Of a DNA stretch of 63,766 nt, positions 29,901 to 37,657 are shown piece by piece; position 1 is the first letter of the stretch; every line of letters starts with the position of its first letter. A model generated the notes under the pieces. That model ran no database searches. It had not been told where the DNA came from and saw only the letters and a list, made by a program, of their open reading frames with translations. Source of the DNA: an uncultured Verrucomicrobia subdivision 3 bacterium (GTDB lineage Bacteria > Verrucomicrobiota > Verrucomicrobiia > Limisphaerales > UBA11358); contig CAIJGS010000008.1 of assembly GCA_903820285.1 (NCBI GenBank), forward strand, positions 1-63,766. The letters run 5' to 3'. A program made the translations under genes and the position numbers.

Positions 29901-31328
29901 CACGGTCGGGCGTTGCACATCGGTGAAATTCGCCACCAGACCGGTGGTGGCTAGGATGCTTGTCAGGCTATTGGAAAACAACCACGTGGATGCCGGCAGC
30001 GCAAAAACGCAGCTGGTTTTATTGGTCAGCACCGCGCCCGGAATCACAATGGAATTGGATAAATAGCTAGGAGCGTCATTGGAGTCATATACTGTCGTCC
30101 TTACGACCGAAATATTAAGAAACTGCCAGTTGCTGAAGACAAAACCCGGCGCGGGGGCGGCGGTCATGGTGTAGTTTCGGCCCACCTCCAGCCAGGCATT
30201 GCTGTAATTGGGGGTAATGGTGCCAAGGCCTCGCGTCTGCAGAGTGAATTGATTGGTCACCACGCAATCCAACACCAGGCTGTTGGTGAGGGAAATGTTG
30301 CCGCTGTTATCCACGGCATAGGCGCTCAGGTAATTGGTACCGGGGCTCAGGCTCAGCGGCAGATTCCAGTTCGTAGCACCATTGGCCGGCATCCAATCGC
30401 CGCCATTCAGTTGCACCCACACATTGCTGATGGCCGGATTGGCCCCGGTGTGACCAGACAGCGTGAACAGGCTGTTGGTAATCCGCTGGCCGCTCACGAG
30501 ATTGGTGATGGTCAACGTCGGCCGGAAATTGGCGGTGAACGAGGCTCCCAGACTCATGGTGGTATTTAAACCCGGATTGGTCCCAATGACGGTGCCATCA
30601 CCGGAAGTCCAATTGGCAAACGCCGCGCCGGGCAATGGCACGGCGGTCAGGGCGATGGGCCCCGCAAGCGGCACCACTGAGCCATTTAAATTGGGTGTAA
30701 CCGTCCCCGCCCCATTCGTCATGACCGTGAGATGGTCCGAGGCCGCACAGTAAAAGCTGACCGAACTGGTGGCCGAAGCATTGCCGGCGGCATCCACGGC
30801 ATATGCCATCACGGCATAGGGTCGGACACTATTGAAGTTCAAGGGAAGAGGCCCGGTCATGTTGCTTTGCAATAGTTGGCAACTTTGGGCGTTGAAAACA
30901 GTACTCCACCGGAACCAGCCATTGGTGGCCGGCGTGGCCGCCACCCAACCCGATCCATTTAACTGACACCAAACCCCGGCGACCGCCAGATTGTCCGCCG
31001 CCACGCCGGAAACGGTGACGGCGGCATCGGCAGTGGCTTGCATGCCGGGTGTCGGGGTTGATGGTGAACCAGGAGGGGGGTTATCGCTGCCCGACAAAGC
31101 AAAGTCATGCGAGGCAATGTGCCGGCCGATTGTTGGCGGTGGCGAAGGGGGTAATCCAACATTATAAATTACGGGAATGTTCAGCACGGCATTTCGCGCG
31201 GGAGATGTGATGGACACCGTTGGCGGCACCTTATCTGCCGCCCAAGCGGGCTGGCTATGAAAAACGACTAATAACAGAGCCACCAGCCATGGCAAAGGGC
31301 AGCCAGACCATAGGTATTTGATTTTCAT
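26973..31328 (-). CDS. Giant secreted protein (about 1451 aa): Ig-like plus InlB-B-repeat-like (..F.NWTG..) modules, then immunoglobulin I-set-like domains
   Basis: ORF track gives 26973..31400. The signal peptide MKIKYLWSGCPLPWLVALLLVVFHSQPAWA starts at 31328. There are four about 162-aa tandem units (residues about 293-980), then PAITSQPASQ...GDAGNYRVIVSSPYGS type Ig domains. Confidence 0.8.
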   Translation of the reverse strand: MKIKYLWSGCPLPWLVALLLVVFHSQPAWAADKVPPTVSITSPARNAVLNIPVIYNVGLPPSPPPTIGRHIASHDFALSGSDNPPPGSPSTPTPGMQATADAAVTVSGVAADNLAVAGVWCQLNGSGWVAATPATNGWFRWSTVFNAQSCQLLQSNMTGPLPLNFNSVRPYAVMAYAVDAAGNASATSSVSFYCAASDHLTVMTNGAGTVTPNLNGSVVPLAGPIALTAVPLPGAAFANWTSGDGTVIGTNPGLNTTMSLGASFTANFRPTLTITNLVSGQRITNSLFTLSGHTGANPAISNVWVQLNGGDWMPANGATNWNLPLSLSPGTNYLSAYAVDNSGNISLTNSLVLDCVVTNQFTLQTRGLGTITPNYSNAWLEVGRNYTMTAAPAPGFVFSNWQFLNISVVRTTVYDSNDAPSYLSNSIVIPGAVLTNKTSCVFALPASTWLFSNSLTSILATTGLVANFTDVQRPTVVITAPVNGQHWSNSVFNLHGTASDNWQVVSVQYQVNGTGWNTATGTNNWSANVTLIPGNNTIQVYAVDAGGNNSYTNSTTINYVLSAPLQLLTTGLGAISPNYGNALLAVGQPYTITAMPAAGFTFANWTGSVTGSKPALTFTMASNLVLTANFVDVTRPSLTVTNLVSSQRVSNSVFTVKGVASDNWQLARVQYQINGAGWNTAIGASNWSANVTLIPGNNTFQAYAVDTTGNASLTNSTIINYVVSAPLQLLTTGLGTISPNYSNALLAVGQSYTITATPGVGFVFTNWTGSVTGSKPALTFTMASNLVLTANFVDVTRPVLTVTNLVSGQRWSNSVFTVKGRASDNWQVADVQYQLNNTGWTNALGFTNWSAALNLIPGTNQLQIFAQDSAGNASLTNTLALDYVVTNRLQVLVNGQGTISPNYSNAWLELGKNYSVTAVPAAGWVFSGWLDENLNLLTNRTTLSFAMQSNLMLVADENLLPAITSQPASQFSLMGGSVLFSVGAVGDGPLAYQWQLNGKSLSGQNAFLLSLPSVGTGDAGNYRVIVSSPYGSITSSPALLSLAYAPAIVTQPQNTIVNAGRTATISVNATGTGPLSYIWYFITEFGSPQYPGYFTNAISSPTGPVLSFPGVSGLMNGGYFVVVSNNYGCVTSTVAALTVAGPPVILSYTTNQPVYLGGAGFLFFQRSGSGPLTFQWLLNGHPLPGQTNSFISLEPFAITNFGQYRVVVSNPYGSVTSGVMQFSLGQVPSSLAGLNASGLSPDGTTVWFSFGPNTFTQFSTNAMNNSGVGYYTYDLNPPVPYYSSTLTAQLSFQYEAPVLMAGVNVQNMQVYFFSPDNASFDRSQIYPYGVDVIFQTAANLAPAAWSGHTFRLTATGSPVTSVYALAGTNYTESFSGPGASPQVVIAGSYSAAAWSPAGAVLLLNAASPLGTNLGQNYLQLQFTNAAGGLFEMDVTGTDRSVNTVRGGFTWK

Positions 31329-31592
31329 ATTATTAGCCTTTACGCCGAATGCAATGGCATCATTGCACATTGGCCCAACGGCTGTCAAAAAATAAAACAT
31401 TCAGATTGAGGCATTTCCAGCGTCGCCACAGCCAACAGAAATGGGAAGCCGCGTCCTGGTTTTAAATTTATGATTGCGGGATATTGCCCATCCACCGCTG
31501 CGGCCATTCGGCGTCAAAGTCCCCGCCTAATGGGGCGATTGCCGATTTAGGCTTCGGCTTGCCACATACAGCAACTGTGTTAGATTTCTTTT

Positions 31593-31802
31593 GTGAGCCA
31601 ATTCTTCCGTCCCAATATTCAGCGCAATGGGCGTATTGCCCGGGGCGTGATCGGCTCGCTATGCCTGGTAGCCGGCATCATCATTGCGGGAGATTATTCT
31701 CTGTGGGGACTGGTATTGGTGGCTGCCGGTATTTTCGCCATCTTTGAAGCCATGCGCGGCTGGTGTTTTGCCCGCGCCTGCGGGATTAAGACGAAGATCT
31801 AA
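31593..31802 (+). CDS. Small membrane protein, YgaP-like/DUF2892
   Basis: 69 aa with a GTG start. Two TM and C-terminal EAMRGWCFARACGIK (GWCP-like motif). Confidence 0.6.
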   Translation: MSQFFRPNIQRNGRIARGVIGSLCLVAGIIIAGDYSLWGLVLVAAGIFAIFEAMRGWCFARACGIKTKI

Positions 31803-31817
31803 TCAAGAGCGGGAAAT

Positions 31818-31943
31818 AAACGCAGAGACGCCGAGAGCGCAGAGGGGAGCCGGAAAATCTTAAACCGGCCTGAACGACGCTATCAGTAAGTTTGATAAAA
31901 TTTTCTCCGCGAAACTCTGCTTTCTCAGCGTCTCTGCGTTAAA
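31818..31943. repeat. REP-like inverted repeat between convergent genes
   Basis: Left arm AAACGCAGAGACGCCGAGAGCGCAGAG (31818-31844). The reverse complement of the right arm (31915-31943) is TTTAACGCAGAGACGCTGAGAAAGCAGAG. The spacer is about 70 nt. Confidence 0.8.
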
Positions 31944-31951
31944 TTCCCCGT

Positions 31952-32698
31952 TCAGGCAAAGGCACCAAACAGGGCGCGCAGTTCTTCATCCACCATGGAT
32001 TCATCGGCGAGGGTCTGGACAATTTCATCCCGCAATAGCACGCGATAGCGTTTCCGCAGGCGGTGGACGGCCACGCGGACGGCACCTTCCTCCATATCGA
32101 GCACCTTGGCGACTTCGCTTTGGGCGGACTCGGCTTTCCCGGCCATAAGAAAGGTCTTCAACTGTTCAAACACCTTCCCTTTGCCTTCGGCTTCGCATTC
32201 TTTTTGCAACCGCTCAATCACCTTGGCGAGCAATGCCAACGCCCACTCACGGTCGAAGGCTTTGTCGGGGCTGGGTTCGTTGGTGGCGGCGACCTGGAAT
32301 TTGGTATCGGCCGTTTCCCAGTCGAGGGAAAGCGGCAGTTCGCCGCCGCCGCGTTTCTGGCGCTGGGTCTTCTTCCATTCGTTTATAAGAAAGTGTTTCA
32401 GCGAGGCGAGGAGGAAGGCGCGGAACCGGCCGCGCTCGGCATCGAGGCCGGCGAGGTAGTTTTTCTCGAGAAAACGGGCGAAGAAGGCCTGTACAAGGTC
32501 CTCGGCATCCTCTTTGCCGTAGCCGCGACGGCGGACATAGGCATAGAGCGGATACCAGTAGGTGTGGCACAGTTCCTCCAGCGCAGCGGTGGATTGCGGA
32601 CCGGCGTGTTGACCGGCGGCGAGCACAACGGTCCAGCGCGTCGTGGCGAAAATATCGCCCGGCGTACTATTCGATGGAATGGAGGTCTGGCTATTCAA
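31952..32698 (-). CDS. ECF-like sigma-70 family factor (STK-associated type), copy 1
   Basis: 248 aa with a TTG start. TTRWTVVLAAGQ...CHTYWYPLYAYVRRRGY..DAEDLVQAFFARFLE (region 2) and C-terminal VAKVLDMEEGAVRVAVHRLRKRYR (region 4 HTH). Confidence 0.85.
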   Translation of the reverse strand: MNSQTSIPSNSTPGDIFATTRWTVVLAAGQHAGPQSTAALEELCHTYWYPLYAYVRRRGYGKEDAEDLVQAFFARFLEKNYLAGLDAERGRFRAFLLASLKHFLINEWKKTQRQKRGGGELPLSLDWETADTKFQVAATNEPSPDKAFDREWALALLAKVIERLQKECEAEGKGKVFEQLKTFLMAGKAESAQSEVAKVLDMEEGAVRVAVHRLRKRYRVLLRDEIVQTLADESMVDEELRALFGAFA

Positions 32699-32753
32699 TT
32701 CAGCGCGTTCATCCTAGCCGAGGCCGGGGTAAGTTGAAACACCGAATCTTAAT

Positions 32754-32779
32754 TTTGCGCCGGAGCGCGGTTTGTCACA
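32754..32779 (-). promoter_or_regulatory. Candidate ECF-type promoter upstream of sigma copy 1
   Basis: Minus-sense sequence is TGTGACAAA-N11-CGCAAA. It has the same 9+11+6 geometry as the motifs at 35818 and 36625 and lies about 55 nt before the TTG start. Confidence 0.3.
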
Positions 32780-32892
32780 AACCGCAGCGTTCTGCCAGTC
32801 CATGCAACGAGGAATCATTCGACGCCTGCCGTGTACGCGACCCGCTGCGAGTTGGGACAACTCGCGCTCCGGCTGGGTTCCGGATTGGACGG

Positions 32893-35808
32893 TTATTGGC
32901 CTTTTACGTCGCCGGGAGGATTGGTGGCATTGTCCGGTCCCACCAGTTCCAAATAACCCTGATAGACATCGCCCGGGCTGTTGGTGATGCAAAAGAGCAG
33001 GCGCGGTTCGCCGAGCACCACGTCGAAGGGCGCGAACTGGGGCGAACCCGGGCGATGGTAATGGTATGACGGCGGGACGTTCCCCCGAATGGCCTGCAAC
33101 CGGGTGCTGAAGCTGGCAGAATGGTTGGTTCTCACACGCAAAACCATTGGCTTGGCCCCGGGCATGGGCACCGGGTGACCGTACGGACTATTCGACGAGT
33201 CAGGTGCAATCACCAGAGCAGGAGGAGGCATTGGCAATCCGGTGGCCGGATCAATCATGGCAGGCGTTGCCGGCGGAAGCGGAACGGGCGTCAAATCGGC
33301 AGTCAAACGCAGACGGTTGGATTCGATGATGAGAACCTGCTGCTCTGGTGACAAGGTACTGGACAGGGCCGGCGGTGGGACTGGGGTGGTAGCTGGCGGC
33401 AAGCCCGTGAGCGGGTCGATAGCCGGTGGCAAAGCTGATGTCCGAGCGAGCTGAGCAGCCATGGACTGGCCGACGGCGGCGGTTTCTGGCGTCACCGGCA
33501 CCTGCCAGGCAATGTTGTCCTCATAAAATACCGCCCGCCGCCCCGGCTGGTAAGGCTGATACCAGGAACTGTTGTAATCATAGGGACCGGCCGGAGTATT
33601 AATACTCCCGCTGCCGCCGCTGGCGGTGGCGCGCAAGGCGTAGCCCGGCGGCACCTTGGCCGAAAAGCCGATCATGGGCGTATTGCCACCGCCGAACACG
33701 TTTTGAATCTGGACGGTGACTTTGATTTTACCGGTGGCATCTGGCGGCTGGGGCGTGACGTGCTTAAATTGGATATAGCCGGTCAGCGCGCCGCCCGCAT
33801 GATTGCGAACGCTAAAGACTTTCACGGGCGTGGCATCCCTCAGTTTGACCGGATGGCGGGTCAGGTTCGCCTCGATTTGCGTCTGGGCATCGGCGGCTTC
33901 GGCAGCACCAAAACCATCCTCTTCTTTGAACATCCAGGTAAATACCGAGGAGGTGCCTACCCCCCGCTCCGACCACGTGGTAAACAAACTGGAACCAAGA
34001 TTCACCGTTTGGCCGTCCAGGCCTTTCACGAGGGCCGAAAGTTTTTCATCGGAAGAAACCTTCGAATCGGTCCAGACATCCACGGAACGGGTGTCGGTGG
34101 TGGTGCCAACAATCTGGTTGGTGGCGCGGCAAAGGACGATGATTTTTTGCGGTCCGCCGGCCATCGCGGACCAATAGCTTCCGCTGATCAGAAAAATCAC
34201 CGCCGCCAGCACCAACGCCAATCCGCCGAAGGTGGCAACTGTGGACCGGCCATTCCGCTGGCTGGGCGAGGTGGCAGCGTCGCCCGGGCTGCGGGCAGCG
34301 CGTGATTGCAACCATTGCAGCCACACCGGCAAACCGCCGCCCAGAATGCATACAAACACCACCAACGCAGTGCTGATTGCACTGAGGTGTGTCAACAGGC
34401 CTTTGGCCCACGAAAGGAAGAATTGCACCGCCACCGGATCCTGCCCCATGGAATCGTACACGTGCGTGCCGGAGCCTTCGCCACCGAAGGCCATATAGCC
34501 GCTGGCCCAGCCACCGAGAGCGATGGGGGCAATGGCCCCGCCGCCAACGGCCAGCAGCAAGGCGAGGGCCAGTCCGCCGAAGGAAACCAGCCCCATGGCA
34601 AAACCGCCAAATGCAAAAACACCGGTCGCCATACCGCCCATGGCAAGCACGCCGGTGGCCATGCCGCCGATGGCCAGAACGCCTTGTGCGCGGCCACCAA
34701 TGGCAATGATGCCCTTGGCCACCCGCGAACGGCCGGTATGCAAATCAATGCCGGTAGCCACGTGAATGAGCGGCAGTCCAAACAGGGTCCGCTTGGATTT
34801 ATATTCGTAGCCTTGCAGATAGGCGTACCCGGGATATGGTGGCACCCCGGAACGGCCCGAACTGGTGATGGTTTCGACGCAGGTTTTGACTTCGCTGGCC
34901 TGCTGGAAGCGCAGCTCGGGACGCTGCTCCAAGGCACGCAGGACAACTTCGTCCAGACGGACGTCAATCTGAACCTTGCGTGATGGTGCCACTATTCGGC
35001 CGCCGGGAAGTTCGCCGGTGAGCATTTCGTAGAAGACGACGCCGAGGGAATAGATGTCGGCGCGGTTGTCCACGTGCTTGGGATCGGTCTTTTGCTCGGG
35101 GGCGCTGTAACTGGGCGTGCCCACGCCACCCTGGGTAAAGTCGGCCGGACCGGCAACCGTTGCGCTGGACTCGGGCGCTGTGCCCAGCATTTTGGCGATG
35201 CCGAAATCGGCGACTTTCACGCGGCCGGATTTGTCGAGCAGCAGGTTTTCCGGCTTGATGTCGCGGTGAACGATGCCGCGGTCGTGGGCGTATTGCAGGG
35301 CATCGCACAGGGCCGGGATAATGGCGAGGGCTTCCTCGGGTTTGAATTTCCGTTCGCGCAAGAGGTGGCGGAGGTTGACGCCGTCCACGAATTCCATGAG
35401 CAGGAAATAAAAGCCGCCGGCCTGGCCGAAATCGTAAATGGTGACGATGTTCGGATGATTCAGGGCGGCTAGGGCCTGCGCTTCGCGGACGAAGCGTTCG
35501 GCGAACTTGGGGTCGCGCACGCGTTCGGGCGCGAGGAGTTTCAGGGCAGCGAAGCGGTTCAGGGTTTTCTGGCGGGCCTTGTACACCACGCCCATGCCAC
35601 CCCGGCCAAGGCACTGGATGATTTCAAGCTGGGGAAAGTGCGGAGCGATCTGCTCGGGCGGCAGCGGCGGCTGCGCGGCGGCTTCATCGTCGGTAAAGAC
35701 GGTTTCGGTCCGGAGATTCAGGCCAATCAGACACGCGGGACAGAGACCGCCGGGAGCATGCTCCGGAAGCGGCTGACCGCAGTGTGGGCAAATGATTTGG
35801 TTGCTCAT
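32893..35808 (-). CDS. Hanks-type Ser/Thr kinase with N-terminal Cys4 ribbon, Gly-decapeptide membrane region and about 460-aa extracytoplasmic domain (STK1)
   Basis: 971 aa. CPHCGQPLP...GLCPACL; LGRGGMGVVYKA, HRDIKPEN, DFGIAK, SYSAPE. Residues about 366-446 are (A/M)xGGxAxGVx repeats. Confidence 0.9.
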   Translation of the reverse strand: MSNQIICPHCGQPLPEHAPGGLCPACLIGLNLRTETVFTDDEAAAQPPLPPEQIAPHFPQLEIIQCLGRGGMGVVYKARQKTLNRFAALKLLAPERVRDPKFAERFVREAQALAALNHPNIVTIYDFGQAGGFYFLLMEFVDGVNLRHLLRERKFKPEEALAIIPALCDALQYAHDRGIVHRDIKPENLLLDKSGRVKVADFGIAKMLGTAPESSATVAGPADFTQGGVGTPSYSAPEQKTDPKHVDNRADIYSLGVVFYEMLTGELPGGRIVAPSRKVQIDVRLDEVVLRALEQRPELRFQQASEVKTCVETITSSGRSGVPPYPGYAYLQGYEYKSKRTLFGLPLIHVATGIDLHTGRSRVAKGIIAIGGRAQGVLAIGGMATGVLAMGGMATGVFAFGGFAMGLVSFGGLALALLLAVGGGAIAPIALGGWASGYMAFGGEGSGTHVYDSMGQDPVAVQFFLSWAKGLLTHLSAISTALVVFVCILGGGLPVWLQWLQSRAARSPGDAATSPSQRNGRSTVATFGGLALVLAAVIFLISGSYWSAMAGGPQKIIVLCRATNQIVGTTTDTRSVDVWTDSKVSSDEKLSALVKGLDGQTVNLGSSLFTTWSERGVGTSSVFTWMFKEEDGFGAAEAADAQTQIEANLTRHPVKLRDATPVKVFSVRNHAGGALTGYIQFKHVTPQPPDATGKIKVTVQIQNVFGGGNTPMIGFSAKVPPGYALRATASGGSGSINTPAGPYDYNSSWYQPYQPGRRAVFYEDNIAWQVPVTPETAAVGQSMAAQLARTSALPPAIDPLTGLPPATTPVPPPALSSTLSPEQQVLIIESNRLRLTADLTPVPLPPATPAMIDPATGLPMPPPALVIAPDSSNSPYGHPVPMPGAKPMVLRVRTNHSASFSTRLQAIRGNVPPSYHYHRPGSPQFAPFDVVLGEPRLLFCITNSPGDVYQGYLELVGPDNATNPPGDVKGQ

Positions 35809-35817
35809 ACCCGTTAC

Positions 35818-35843
35818 TTAACGCCGGGCCAAAAATTGTTACA
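35818..35843 (-). promoter_or_regulatory. Candidate ECF-type promoter in the 50-nt sigma2-STK1 spacer
   Basis: Minus-sense sequence is TGTAACAAT-ttttggcccgg-CGTTAA, ending 9 nt before the STK1 ATG. Confidence 0.4.
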
Positions 35844-35858
35844 GGCCAGGCTCATGTT

Positions 35859-36602
35859 TTATTTCCGGGCCAGGACAGCGGCAAGGTAACGCAATTCGCC
35901 ATCGAGGTCCATATCGCCGGCCAGGGTCTGGGAAATTTCCTCGCGGAAGATGGCGCGGAACCGTTTACGCAACCGATGAACGGCTACACGGGCGGCACCC
36001 TCCCCTGCCCCGAGTTGGCGAGCGATGGCAGTGTAGTCCATGCCGCCGTGACCAGTGAGTAGCGTTTCCTTGAGGACGGCAAAATCGGCCCCTTTGCCCA
36101 AGGCGGTAAATTCGGATTCGAGGCGGTTAAGCGTCAGATCGAGCAAGGTCATGGCCCATTGGCGGTCGAAGGTCTCATCGGCGGCGAGAGCGATGGCGGC
36201 ATCGGCCGCATAGCGGGTTTCGGCCAGCTCGGTGTCGAACGGCAGATGCACCTGGCCGCCGCCCCGGCGCTGGGTGGTGGCGCGCCGCCATTCGTTGGCC
36301 ATGAAATGTTTCAGGGCGACAATCAGAAAGGTGCGGAGTTTGCCTTTGTCAGGATTGGCGGCATCAAGCCAGCGTTTCTCAAGGAGGCGGCAAAAAAATT
36401 CCTGGGTTAGATCCTGGGCATCGTGCGGCGACTGGCCGGCACGGCGGACATAGGCGTAGAGCGGATACCAGTAGGCATGGCAGATGGCCTCCAGCGCGGC
36501 GGAAGATTCGGGCGAGGGCCGCTGGCAGGCGGCGAGCACGACGGTCCACCGCGTGGGCGGGAAGGCCTGGGGCGCTATGCCGGATGTGCCGTGATGACTC
36601 AT
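35859..36602 (-). CDS. ECF-like sigma-70 family factor (STK-associated type), copy 2
   Basis: ORF track gives 35859..36671. The likely start is MSHHGTSGIAPQAFPPTRWTVVLAA (ATG at 36602). CHAYWYPLYAYVRRAGQSPHDAQDLTQEFFCRLLE; C-terminal GAARVAVHRLRKRFR. Confidence 0.85.
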   Translation of the reverse strand: MSHHGTSGIAPQAFPPTRWTVVLAACQRPSPESSAALEAICHAYWYPLYAYVRRAGQSPHDAQDLTQEFFCRLLEKRWLDAANPDKGKLRTFLIVALKHFMANEWRRATTQRRGGGQVHLPFDTELAETRYAADAAIALAADETFDRQWAMTLLDLTLNRLESEFTALGKGADFAVLKETLLTGHGGMDYTAIARQLGAGEGAARVAVHRLRKRFRAIFREEISQTLAGDMDLDGELRYLAAVLARK

Positions 36603-36624
36603 GCTGATTCCGTTCGCAGGTAGG

Positions 36625-36650
36625 TTAACGGAATCAGCGGGATTGTTACA
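36625..36650 (-). promoter_or_regulatory. Candidate ECF-type promoter upstream of sigma copy 2
   Basis: Minus-sense sequence is TGTAACAAT-cccgctgattc-CGTTAA. The 9-mer and 6-mer are identical to those at 35818-35843, with identical spacing. It ends 22 nt before the ATG. Confidence 0.4.
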
Positions 36651-36699
36651 GCCGGATGGAGGGATTGGCAATTTTCAAATGCCCTTTGCCCTCTTTACA

Positions 36700-37407
36700 T
36701 CACCACCATTGGTTGGCCGGATCAGGAATCATGTCACTGGCAGTTGTCACCGGAATGCTAAAAGTAGAGACATGGTTGTCGCCCCACAGCATGATCGCCA
36801 GACTTTTACCTCGATGGTTGTGCCAGACACTGCGCGGATCGGTATTGCCGCGGTTGGGGGCCCAGTTCCAATCGCCCTGAATGATTTTGGTGACCGGGTG
36901 GCGATCGATGACGGATTTTTTTAGGGACGGGAAATTCATTGGGTCGGCAGTGTTGCCGAACACATATTGGACCCCGAAACCCGCCGGGACCCATAGTGGC
37001 ATATAGCTGGTTCCAAACGCATCCCAGCAATTTGTGCCCGGCGAAGTGGGGTGGGCAACATAGTTGTCACCTTTGTCGGCCGGACATTTACTAACTTTGT
37101 AAACGCCACCCAAAATGGCATTGAGAGCCCGGTTGGTCGCCGCCACAAACATATCATAACTGCCATCCTGTCCGCTCAGCCCGTTCCAGCTCGGCAACAA
37201 CGGCAAAGTGTCGGCGTTGTCCATGACATATACCTCCAGGGCAACTCCGATCTGTCGCTGGCTGGAGAGACATTGTGCCCGCAAGGCGACCGACTTCGCG
37301 CTGCTCAGCGCCGGCAGCAAGAGTGCCGCCAAAATGGCAATAATGGCGATCACCACCAGCAACTCGATCAGTGTGAACGCTGCTACTGCGTTGATATTAT
37401 CCTTCAT
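36700..37407 (-). CDS. Prepilin-type N-terminal cleavage/methylation protein (DUF1559-like, degenerate H-X9-DG)
   Basis: ORF track gives 36700..37425. [38 protein letters not shown]. The C-terminus is [20 protein letters not shown] (GD instead of DG). Confidence 0.8.
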   Translation of the reverse strand: MKDNINAVAAFTLIELLVVIAIIAILAALLLPALSSAKSVALRAQCLSSQRQIGVALEVYVMDNADTLPLLPSWNGLSGQDGSYDMFVAATNRALNAILGGVYKVSKCPADKGDNYVAHPTSPGTNCWDAFGTSYMPLWVPAGFGVQYVFGNTADPMNFPSLKKSVIDRHPVTKIIQGDWNWAPNRGNTDPRSVWHNHRGKSLAIMLWGDNHVSTFSIPVTTASDMIPDPANQWW

Positions 37408-37657
37408 ATCCGCCAGATAAAGCATCGGCTAGAAAAGACGGCGGTTGGCAGCGGCAATTTAAATGCGAACCTCATAACCATCCAGGCCGACAATCAACAA
37501 AAAACTGTGCCTAGTCCAAAGCGTTTTTTGGGGTCATCGCTCTTCATGTATTCGGTTGTAGTCCTTATTTTCCAGCGTGTCCATATGAATTTGACCCATA
37601 AGGATTGCTTGATGAATCCGGAAAACCCATCAGTCGGCGCGCGGGGTTTTGGCCGGA

